DNA from: Candidatus Bathyarchaeota archaeon
GTDB taxonomy: Archaea; Thermoproteota; Bathyarchaeia; Bathyarchaeales; DTEX01
NCBI GenBank assembly: GCA_963714275.1
Contig: CAVQNT010000007.1
Span: 64,001 to 128,000, forward strand
DNA length: 64,000 nt
Direction of reading: 5' to 3'
Position 1 is the stretch's first letter. Each line of letters opens with the position of its first letter. The notes below the pieces were generated by a model, which saw only the letters and a list, made by a program, of their open reading frames with translations, made no database searches and was not told the origin of the DNA. Shown in pieces: positions 31,340-40,758 of the stretch. The translations under genes and the position numbers were made by a program.

Positions 31340-31690
31340 ATGGAAAAACCGCAAATTAGGACAAAGGAAGACATCATTAGACTCCTCCAGAACAAGACAG
31401 AGTTTGAAAGAACCGTTCTCGTCAAAACCTTCGAGATACCCAAAGGAAAAGTCTCCACGTACAAGAGGATAGCCGCCAAAATCGGCAAACCACGAGCATA
31501 CCGGGCAGTAGCAAACGCTTTGCACAAGAATCCGCTTACGCCAGTTGTTCCATGCCAAAGAGTGGTCAGGTCAAACGGCAATATCGTGGGCATGAAAGAA
31601 GCAATCGAAGCCCGGAGAAGTCTGCTGGAAAAGGAAGGAATCCCGCTTGAAGGCAACTGCGTCAAACTCAGCCCAGAAATCCTATACTAA
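31340..31690 (+). CDS. O6-methylguanine-DNA methyltransferase (MGMT) C-terminal-domain protein
   Basis: IPKGKVSTY..IA, AYRAVANAL..NP and VPCQRVV (active Cys retained). Confidence 0.88.
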   Translation: MEKPQIRTKEDIIRLLQNKTEFERTVLVKTFEIPKGKVSTYKRIAAKIGKPRAYRAVANALHKNPLTPVVPCQRVVRSNGNIVGMKEAIEARRSLLEKEGIPLEGNCVKLSPEILY

Positions 31691-31784
31691 CCCGACAATG
31701 TTTCATCCATGATAAAGGTTTAATAGACTGAGGACTGGTAATTAAAAACTAAGTCTAACTTACCAAATTAAGAGGAGAAAAAAA

Positions 31785-32399
31785 ATGAGCCAAGACCAAG
31801 CTGAAAACCTCTACATTCCGGGAGCCACAACCGTAGGAGTAGTCTGCAAAGACGGCGTGGTTCTAGCCTCAGAAAAAAGGGTTTCATACGGCGCATTCGT
31901 CATGAGCAAAGCAGGAAAAAAAGTGTTCAAAATCTCCGAAAAAATAGGCGTAGCCTGCGCTGGACTAGTTTCAGATATGCAAATGCTGGTCCGAGAGATG
32001 GAAGCCTACATAAAACTGTTCAAGATTGAAGCAGGTCGTCCCATGTCGGTCAAATCAGCGTCCAAGATGATGTCGAACCTCCTTTTCAACAACAGACTCT
32101 TCCCCCTCATAACACAGACAGTTATCGGCGGAGTAGACGATGAAGGACCAGCAATGTACGTGCTTGACGTGCTGGGATCAAACATACCAGACAAATTTAC
32201 CGCTGTGGGATCAGGCGCAGAGATAGCCATAGGAGTCCTTGAAGACCATTATAAAGAAGGCTTAACGGTCGAAGAAGGCAAAGAACTGGTCACGACAGCC
32301 ATAAAATCAGCCATAAGCCGAGACGCATTGAGCGGAGACGGTATAGACTTCCTCATAATAACCAAAAACGGAACAAAAGAAGAATCCACAAAATTCTAA
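31785..32399 (+). CDS. psmB: Proteasome beta subunit (Thr1 apparently replaced by Ala)
   Basis: G-ATTVGV..KDGVVLASEKR, GSG and RD..SGDG motifs. Confidence 0.93.
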   Translation: MSQDQAENLYIPGATTVGVVCKDGVVLASEKRVSYGAFVMSKAGKKVFKISEKIGVACAGLVSDMQMLVREMEAYIKLFKIEAGRPMSVKSASKMMSNLLFNNRLFPLITQTVIGGVDDEGPAMYVLDVLGSNIPDKFTAVGSGAEIAIGVLEDHYKEGLTVEEGKELVTTAIKSAISRDALSGDGIDFLIITKNGTKEESTKF

Positions 32400-32435
32400 A
32401 ACCTACCAAAAAAAGAAAATAGGGATTCATCTCGA

Positions 32436-33093
32436 ATGTCTTTCACCTTAACACCAGATGAAGGAAATTTCTTAGTTAAACTCGCAAGGAAAGCCGTAGA
32501 AGAGAACCTGAAAGACGGACGAATAATCACGCCTCCAAAAAATGTTTCTCCGAAACTCCAAGAACGAAGCGGCGTCTTCGTAACCATAAACTCAGTTAAA
32601 GGCCAAAAAAGAGACCTCCGAGGCTGCATCGGATTTCCATACCCAACCCACCCGCTGATAAGAGCAGTAATCGAAGCAGCAGTTGAGTCAGCGACAGGAG
32701 ACCCCCGTTTCCCGCCCATGAAACCACGTGAGCTGGACCATGTCGACTTTGAGGTCAGCGTGCTCACCCCTCCACAACTAGTCACGGCGGCTTCGCCAAA
32801 GGAGTACCCATCCAAAATCGAGGTAGGAGTCGACGGGTTAATCGTAGAAAACGGACTGTACAAAGGACTTCTGCTTCCTCAGGTGCCAATGGAATGGGAA
32901 TGGGACTCAGAAGAGTTTCTGTGCCAATGCTGCTTGAAAGCAGGTTTGCCCCCGGACTGCTGGGTGATTAAAGGAACAAAAATCTACAAGTTCACATCAA
33001 TCATCGCCCAAGAGACTTGAACCGAACGGACAGGTAGCCACAATTGACCTTCGCGAAAAGGGCGGCGGAGAAGAACTGAAGAAGCTCCACTAA
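32436..33093 (+). CDS. AMMECR1-domain protein (TIGR00296-like), frameshift near 33016
   Basis: GVFVT, LRGCIG, DPRF, EVSVLT and GLLLPQV motifs. Confidence 0.9.
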
Positions 33094-33124
33094 GCATAAA
33101 AATAGAACTATCTTTTTTATGTGC

Positions 33125-34328
33125 CTAAATCTCGAGTATAACAGGCATGTCAGTTAGGTTGTTGCAGCCCTTTTTCGTAATTTCGACGATGTCTTCTATC
33201 CTAACTCCGCCAATTTCAGGATCGTAAAGTCCAGGTTCAACTGAAACCACAGAGTATTCATTCAGTGGTTCACTATTGTATTCGCTCATCGTCGGATTTT
33301 CGTGGATTTCTAAGCCAACACCGTGCCCGAGACTGTGAACAAACCCTTTGGTTGCCTTCTTGCCACCTCTCAAGGTGTCGTATCCAGCCTTCTCTAAAAC
33401 GTCACAACAAAGATCGTACATTTCATTTCCTAAAACTCCGGCATGCAAAGCCTCGACGCACATGTCCTTAGCCTCCGAGACAGCGTCAAACATACGCTTA
33501 ACAGCATCAGAGGCTTTCCCCTTAACAATAGTACGGGTCATGTCCGCCCAGTAACGGCGGTTTATGCTTCTGGGGAACAAATCAAGAACTATAGGTTGGT
33601 CAGCCTTAATTTTGTCTTCAGCGACTCCGTTGTAGTGCGGGTCTGACGAAGCGGGACCACAAGCAACAATAACCTCCTCCTCAACAGAACACCAGCTGTC
33701 CAGAAACCTGTGCCCTATGAGATTCTTCAGATCGCCCGCAGTCAAGGGCTTTTTCTTTCCATCTGTTTTTTGAACCAAAGTCTTGTTTGGTCCAACTTCG
33801 CAGCTTGCTACGAGGTCAATAGCTTCTAACATGACTTTTTCGTTAACCCTTTGAACCTTCGCAATTTCGTCGATTTCTTCAGTTTCTTTCGTTTCCCTCG
33901 CCCTTTCGACAACGTCAAACATGGGCTGTATCTTCAAACCTTCTCGCCTAAGCGCGTCAGCAAACATCAAAGGAAAGTTGAATGGCACACAAACAACCGT
34001 TTCCTTACCTCAGCTCACACTCCACAACTGATGCTAAAAATTTTAGAAAGCCAAGTCTCGGCTCTTTGGCTGCCTTCACAACTTCGGCATAGTTGTAGTC
34101 CACGTATGATCTCACGTCCTTAACGACAGATTCCTTCTGCGCCCTCAGAAACTCCATGGAATTAAGAACGACTAATGGTGGGCAGTTTACCTTTTTTAAG
34201 AAAATGAACGGATCCGGAGCCAAGAACTTTGTCAAGTAAAACATGTTAGGGTTCTTAAAGCTCTCAGAATAAAGCAGCAGTCCGCCTGCTCCTTTCTCAG
34301 CCATAATCACGTCAAGGTCTTTTCTCAT
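33125..34328 (-). CDS. M24 Xaa-Pro peptidase, frameshift near 34000
   Basis: DPH, D.FP, DMTRT, HSLGHGVGLEIHE, EPGLY and GVRIED motifs. Confidence 0.9.
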
Positions 34329-34472
34329 TCTTTCATCCTCCTAGATGCCAAGCTGATGTGTTAAACAGTTCAGTATGATTAGTTTTCTCATAACATAAAA
34401 GGATAGGTGAGCAATTGAGCTTTTTCATTGCCACCATAATACGGTTTAAAGATGTTAAAAAAGCTGCATAAA

Positions 34473-34596
34473 TCACCAGTGTTCAAACTTTATTATCTCA
34501 TTAAGCGGCTTCCGGTTAGTCACAGGACCTTTTTCCTCCGCAGGATAACCCAAAGGTGTCATCACAACAACGCGGACGTTTGGAGGAATACCAAGG
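34473..34596 (-). pseudogene. 3' part of an interrupted nitroreductase (LGIPPNVRVVVMTPLGYPAEEKGPVTNRKPLNEIIKFEHW*)
   Basis: Translated by hand; typical nitroreductase C-terminus that continues the 39394-39790 half. Confidence 0.9.
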
Positions 34597-34927
34597 AAGT
34601 AATGTTACGACAAAAGGTTAAGGCATGAGTAGAAAGGCTTGATTTAATTCGCCTATTATCTTTTAATAGTAAGAAATACAGATTAAAAACTCCATGTGTG
34701 AAAAAATTTGGGGGCATTCATTTAATGTTACATTATTATTGAGTAATGGGACTAAATAACCTTAAAAAACGATTATTTTTTTTGTTAAGGAATCCCAGTA
34801 TACATTCCTCAACGCAAGGTTGTTAAATGTTAAATTATTTTACGATATTACGATATAGAGATGAAAGAGAAACATGGACACCAAGAATCGCAGTTTTGCT
34901 GTAAAGAGGAAACAATAAAATTACGTA

Positions 34928-35575
34928 TTATCTTGCTCTGTTTAAAGCAAAAACATAAAATCTAAGATACTCTAAATATTCACCTTCGTTAGTAGTGATT
35001 TCCATTTCTCTGAATTTGCCATCCAAGTAAGCTTTTAGTACTATTTTATTTTGTGCATAACGATTCTCAAACGAAATACTCTCTGAAGAGTCTTTCTTAC
35101 TTACTTCCACTTCATTCTAAACACATAAGAACTTTTGAGTATACGCTAAGAATAAGGCTGCTACGTCAAGTGCATCTTCCACTTCTTCCTTTGTAGGTTT
35201 CCTATATTCGTGTTCTAAGAAGTTTCTTTTTTGATTAATCTTGCCCAATATCCTAGGTGTAATTATTCCTAGATTATTCAAAACTTCAAGCTTTCTTGGG
35301 AAATTCCATTCTTCCTTTTTAGATTTTTTATATAAGCCAAATGCAAATAATAAAGTATCCATTTGGCAATCAATTGCCCTCTTAATATTTGAAAGAGAAT
35401 TTATTAGATTATGTTCATATTTGCTATTCAAATCATTTTCTGCAAATTTGAAAAACTGCATAGTTCTTATTTAAAAAGGAACTTCGATTTCTTCAGAAGA
35501 AATAGTTCCTAAAACGATTATATCTTTAAAGTCACTAAAGAACTCTCTTAATAAATCAATACAAACTTTGCCCAT
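34928..35575 (-). CDS. HEPN-domain-like protein, frameshifted
   Basis: NSLSNIKRAID...KRNFLEHEY (RX4H motif); pieces 35575-35470, 35461-35117 and 35110-34928. Confidence 0.6.
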
Positions 35576-35858
35576 ATCTGACTATATGCGATTTAGCATA
35601 GATAATATTTCCGTTTGGGTTTGGAGTTAAAATTTAAACGCTGTCAAAGACATTCTTTTTATAAGGTCTCAAAAGGGATCTACCTTTAATTATTTCTTTA
35701 AAATACAGATTCAAAATCAATACATAATCAACTATATAACTTAAAATTCGAAAAAATATATGGTTTATCACATTGAAGTATATTTGGTTGTGAAAACCAT
35801 CGTTACACATAAGTATAAATAACACTTTCTTTTAACTTCCTTACGGATGTTTTAAAAA

Positions 35859-36748
35859 ATGTCCATGACTATCTCGGTGGGGGATTATCCTTCTTCTGCT
35901 TTTCGTTATGCTCTTTTGGAAATAAAGCCTATTCGTTATGAGGAAAAGTTTAAAGTCGGTTCTCTTCGCTTTAAAAGAACAAAGATTGCCTACGAACAAA
36001 AGAACAAAATAGAAAGTTATGAAGATTATTCTAATTTGCGTTATTCGTACATCTTTTCAGATATGCCTATTCCTTCTATTTTTTCAGAGAAAAGAGTTTT
36101 CAATCATTTCCTTGATACATCCATAAAAAATTATCACGAAGATAAAGAATTTCAGAACGAGTTAGTACGATAGAAACAAGACATTATTAGGACTCGTGTC
36201 TTTCATTCAAAATAGATTTGAAGATGACTTAGAATCCTATTATTTATCAGAGGCTTTTCGTTTCTATCACTCAAATTTTCCTCTTTCCTTTTTCACGAAG
36301 ACCGCTATGAATATTGATACAACACAAAAGTTTCTGTACCTTATTAGAAGGATTGTTAGACGCTATGAACTTAATAGTCTCTAGGCCAGGAGTCAGGTTC
36401 CCATTTGAACACAGAAAGTACGAAATGCAAATCATGCAAGAATCATTATCACCACTCATTGACCGAATGGATTTACTTAGCAGAGCAGTCTCTCAATTAA
36501 AATTATATTCATCTATTTGGTCAGCCACAAATTTTGAAGAAATAGATTGCCCGAAATTTTTAGATATAAATAAATTAGATATTAAACAATTTGAGGAATT
36601 TAACAAAAATTATGAGTCAGAGCTTGAATGTATGAGAAGAATGATTTATGAGGCTTCAAGAGAATATGATAAGGAAATTTTCAGTGAAGCAAAGTCATCA
36701 GACGAACATACTTACTCAATGTTGAGTAATCTTCTTCTATCACATTAG
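35859..36748 (+). CDS. Hypothetical protein (three frameshifted pieces) upstream of the PIN gene
   Basis: Consecutive co-directional ORFs 35859-36173, 36196-36384 and 36314-36748. Confidence 0.55.
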
Positions 36749-36758
36749 GTTTTTAGGG

Positions 36759-37529
36759 ATGTCTTTTTATTTGACTAAGATTTCAGGATGTTTTTATGTT
36801 GATTCATGTGTAATTCTTTCAGAGATTCTTGGTCAAAATCAACAAAAAATGAAAAAACTTAGAAAGGATATTCTGACAAATGGAATCGATTGCTTCATTT
36901 CGAAAAGCGTGGCTGATGAAGTAACAGAGAAAATTCAAAGCACTTCAAATTTTCTGGGAAATATTTTAAAGGAAACTATAATTGTTTATCTCGAGGATTC
37001 AATTACAAACCCTCGAGATTTAACATCTATAAATCCCACAAATAATGATTTACACATATTAAAAGAAGCCTTCTTAACTGTAAATATAAACATAAAATAC
37101 CTAAATTTAATTACTGATCCTTTTCGAATGGTTGAAGAATGGCTTGTTGAAAAGTTTGATGATGAGATATCTAAAAATACAAAACAAACAATTGGAAACA
37201 TCATAATAAATCTTACCAAAATAATATTGCAAGAAGTTGTAAAAATTAATATGAATTATGAAAGGATTGTGCAATTAGAAGCCAATTATATTCACAATTC
37301 AAATCAAACTCCTGATAACAATACAAATAGAGAGTTACAAACATTAGGTATTCATAGACCAGATTCTGACCATATTTCCGTCATAAAATCACATTTCATA
37401 AATACTAAAGAAAATGCTATTTTTCTTACATTAGACTTCGGAATAATCAAAAAGTGGAATCTGATAAAAAATGTTTTCGATATAATAGTATGTGATCCTA
37501 TATATGGTCTCAGCCATCTTAGGAAGTAG
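36759..37529 (+). CDS. PIN-domain-like nuclease with a large helical insertion
   Basis: FYVDSCVI, ISKSVADE, PDSDHI and FLTLD acidic PIN-like motifs. Confidence 0.65.
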   Translation: MSFYLTKISGCFYVDSCVILSEILGQNQQKMKKLRKDILTNGIDCFISKSVADEVTEKIQSTSNFLGNILKETIIVYLEDSITNPRDLTSINPTNNDLHILKEAFLTVNINIKYLNLITDPFRMVEEWLVEKFDDEISKNTKQTIGNIIINLTKIILQEVVKINMNYERIVQLEANYIHNSNQTPDNNTNRELQTLGIHRPDSDHISVIKSHFINTKENAIFLTLDFGIIKKWNLIKNVFDIIVCDPIYGLSHLRK

Positions 37530-37561
37530 CAAACAATTATTCTGAGAATAAGATTTTAAAT

Positions 37562-37729
37562 TTATTCTTTTATGTTATTTGCCATATAGCGTTTACATTT
37601 TGGGCAAATCCAGCCCGCTTTTTTTAGCTGTCTTCCACTCTGAGTGTATAACCTTCGCATATGTTGTTTTTTTCCGCTTTTTGTTCTACAACCATTAGGA
37701 CAGATAGGACTTTCAGATCTTCCACTCAT
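37562..37729 (-). CDS. 55-aa zinc-ribbon protein (CPNGC...CPKC), below the ORF-track cutoff
   Basis: Intact ORF MSGRSESPICPNGCRTKSGKKQHMRRLYTQSGRQLKKAGWICPKCKRYMANNIKE, divergent from the integrase. Confidence 0.7.
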   Translation of the reverse strand: MSGRSESPICPNGCRTKSGKKQHMRRLYTQSGRQLKKAGWICPKCKRYMANNIKE

Positions 37730-37766
37730 ACACCAAGAATTGTTTTGTATGTTATTTAAGATTTCT

Positions 37767-37815
37767 TTTACTATAGTAAACGGTAAGGCTTATATTTCCC
37801 TTTTACTACAGTAAA
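37767..37815. promoter_or_regulatory. Pair of palindromic operators flanking a TATA-like box
   Basis: TTTACTATAGTAAA (37767-37780) and TTTACTACAGTAAA (37802-37815), each followed by CGG; TTATAT lies between them. Confidence 0.7.
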
Positions 37816-37836
37816 CGGCAACAAAAGGGGTTTAAC

Positions 37837-39027
37837 ATGGTAGGAACGGATAAACAAGTTTTCAGCGAATCAATTGATCTTCGAGTTAAGACTAATGGAA
37901 GACCAAAAGTAAACCGTGAACTTGCGGTTCAGCTTATGAAATCTAATTATTCTACCCGATACATCAGAAAAGTTTTAAAATGTAGTCCCCGAACCCTGAG
38001 CTAGCATAAGAAAAGAAAATAATGTTTCTGATGTTAAGATAAATCCCGAAAGGCTTGAAAGGTTAAGCATAAATTTTGATGAAGAATGTAAAGAAGCTGT
38101 CGGGATCTCTTTTTATGAATGGCTTAAAAATAGAGCTGTGAATTATGTTGTTCTTTTTAATTTCTGTAAAAAAGTTTATGAAGATGTTTGGAATAAGCCA
38201 AGTATTCTTTTGTTAAGAGATCCGAAAGAAAAGTTTGGGGATCAAGTATGCTCTAAATTCCTTTCAGTTTTTCAGGAAGACGAAAAAAGGATCAGAAGAC
38301 GAAAGAAAATAATAAGGTATTTCTTCCGTTTCATAGGGCGACAGGATCTTAACGAAAGATACTTAACAGTAAAAAAAAGCCGAGATCTAATAGTGAAACG
38401 GGATCTTCCTGTAATAACGAATATGGATTTTCCCGAAAAGGTAGATCAGCTTATCGGGATGGTTCAAAAGAATTTAGGGGAAGAATACGCATTAGCCTTA
38501 CGCTTTAAACTTGTTACTATGATGCGAACAGGAAACAGGAAAGCAGAAAAAGAGCTTTTAGGATTAAAAAAGGATCTTGGTAAATCTTGGATCTCTTTCG
38601 AGAATAAAGACAGGTTCAAGGGAAAGATCTTAGGGAAGGGCATGGAAGAATGGGGAATAGATTGGCTACCTATAACAGTAAGACACGAAATTTTTAGACT
38701 ATATTCTTCCCGAAAGATTGGGGAATACCTGTTTAACATAAATGAAAAAACCTTACTGAAAGAATTAAGGAAAGATTGTTTAGCGTTAGGACTTCCCCCC
38801 TTAAGATTGCATGATTTAAGGAAAGTTACAATATCTTGGTTTTGGGTTTTTGGGATAGATCTTTCGATAGCTACAGAGTTAACGTGGGATGGAAGGATCT
38901 TAACACAGTTAAAGACCATTACCTAACGATTAATGAGCTGATCCGAAGAACGGACAGGAAATTATACAAATCAGCGATCCCCGAATGGTTCAAGGAAGGA
39001 TTAGAAGAATACCTACCAATATTTTAA
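37837..39027 (+). CDS. Tyrosine recombinase with N-terminal HTH, frameshifts near 38000 and 38880
   Basis: TMMRTG (R), LHDLRK (HxxR), VGWKDL (W) and DHYL (Y); N-terminal GRPK...HTH-like segment from ATG 37837. Confidence 0.82.
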
Positions 39028-39339
39028 GCCTTAAAACTATAGTCTGTTTAGTTATATTCTTAGTTAAGCTAATTATAGCTATTTAGATGTATCCTTAATT
39101 GAGTTAATTATAATTGATTTATTGCAAAAAAAGATGGGGAGACAGAAAGAAACCAATTAAGCTAGATGGTTTGAAACGCATGGTTATAAAGTAATTCATA
39201 AGGGTTTTAATAATCCTGATGGGGAAAGCAAAAGGTAGTCACCGAGGAGCTACCGATATTCTTAAAATGAACCCCTTTTCTTTTATGGGGGTTTAAACGG
39301 AAAAATATTTTTTAGGTAGCTACCGTTAAACGAACCCCC

Positions 39340-39362
39340 CCTTATTGCATACCTTATTGCAT
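39340..39362 (+). repeat. Tandem CCTTATTGCAT x2 near the right end of the element
   Basis: Exact 11-bp copies at 39340 and 39352. Confidence 0.7.
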
Positions 39363-39393
39363 GGATTCCATGCAGAAACTACGTTAATTAAGA

Positions 39394-39790
39394 ACCAAGG
39401 GCTTTTTTAACCTCGTCTTCAATGAAGGCTCCAATCCAGCATGTTCCCAACCCCTCTTCCCATGCAGTCAAAACAAGAGTCTGCATAGCAATAGCGATGT
39501 CAACTTTCCAGTATTCTTCTCCGTCAAACTTTTTCCAAGCTTTTATCCAAGTGTGCACATGCCACAATGATTACGGGTGCAGAAATGAGCCATTCACCGC
39601 CATAAGCTGGTTTGAGCTTTTGTTTTATTTCAGGGTCTGTTACGATGATGAAGGTCCATGGTTGAAAATTGACCGCTGAAGGCGAAAGCCTAACCGATTC
39701 AAGAACCCTCATGAGCTTCTTTTTTGTTACAGGTTTACTCTTGTATTTCCTGATGCTTCTTCGAGTTCTGATTGCCTCAGATACGTCCAA
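39394..39790 (-). pseudogene. 5' part of an interrupted nitroreductase (additional frameshift near 39542)
   Basis: RRSIRKY, SPSAVNFQPW, DIAIAMQ.L.L.A...GLGTCWIGAF.EDEVKKALG, then TCT TAA inside the element. Confidence 0.9.
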
Positions 39791-39878
39791 CTTTAATCAC
39801 ACAACTCATATTTTACGTGGACACAAAAAAAGTTTTTTCGATATTCAAGCCTGTTTTTAATAAACTAGGTGGGAGAGG

Positions 39879-40370
39879 GTGAACACCACCCTTAATTACA
39901 GCCCTTTTCACAATTGTAAACGGAAAAGTATGCGCGACATTGAAATGGCAAAAGAAATCCTAGGCAATAAAGGAGTTTCATTAGTAATAGTCAAGGAAGG
40001 ACAAATCCTTTTCGAGTCGGATTCGTCAGGAATCCGTGGACTGCTTCAATCTATTGAAAAGCTGAAGATAGAAATGTATGGCTCCTCAGTTGCAGACAGG
40101 ATTGTTGGAAGAGCAGCCGCCCTTTTATTAGCATATTCCCGTGTAAACGAGATTTATACATCTGTCCTCAGCAGAGGAGGATTGGAGGTGCTTGAAGAGA
40201 ACCGCATAAAAGTTGAATGCCAAAACTTAGTGCAAATAATTCTTGACCAAACGGGAAAAAACATCTGCCCCTTCGAAAAGTTCTCGTCCGAAATCAAGTC
40301 TTTGGACAAAGCCTTCGAACAGCTGAAAGACTTCGCTGAAAAATTTTGGAAATCAAAACAATGTTCTTGA
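39879..40370 (+). CDS. DUF1893-family protein (TM1506-like)
   Basis: GIRGLL, VADRIVGRAAA and ICPFE motifs. Confidence 0.8.
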   Translation: MNTTLNYSPFHNCKRKSMRDIEMAKEILGNKGVSLVIVKEGQILFESDSSGIRGLLQSIEKLKIEMYGSSVADRIVGRAAALLLAYSRVNEIYTSVLSRGGLEVLEENRIKVECQNLVQIILDQTGKNICPFEKFSSEIKSLDKAFEQLKDFAEKFWKSKQCS

Positions 40371-40406
40371 ATTAGCTTTTCTTCAAACAGCTTTCGTTAG
40401 GGTCTT

Positions 40407-40706
40407 TCAACTAATCAGGCTTTTTTTCTCCATAAGCTTGGATAGTTCTTCCATTAGTCGTTCCATGTACGTTATGCCCTTAAACTCAAGACCGTAATTC
40501 CTCAAAACAAAGGCGATGGACATGAAACTCCTTGTTCGCCAGTGTTCTTTCACTGCATCATAATCTTCGGAGGATATGGCGTCCACTAAGCGTTTGGCGT
40601 CCTTTTGAACCTCAGCCTCGTTGACATATCCCTCAAGTCTAAATGGATTTTTCTTAGCTTCTGACCTAAGGAACTTTTTGAATGCTTCATCAGACATTTT
40701 ACTCAA
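40407..40706 (-). CDS. Small hypothetical protein downstream of the MCM-like ATPase
   Basis: 99-aa co-directional ORF. Confidence 0.65.
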   Translation of the reverse strand: MSKMSDEAFKKFLRSEAKKNPFRLEGYVNEAEVQKDAKRLVDAISSEDYDAVKEHWRTRSFMSIAFVLRNYGLEFKGITYMERLMEELSKLMEKKSLIS

Positions 40707-40758
40707 TCTCTTTTTGACAAAGATTCACAATATAAATGAAGTGATACTCCACGTCATC

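Larger units (their letters stand above)
34597..39400. mobile_element. ~4.8 kb tyrosine-recombinase integrative element inserted in a nitroreductase gene
   Basis: 7-bp ACCAAGG direct repeats at 34590-34596 and 39394-39400; integrase near the right end; visibly more AT-rich than the flanks. Confidence 0.88.
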
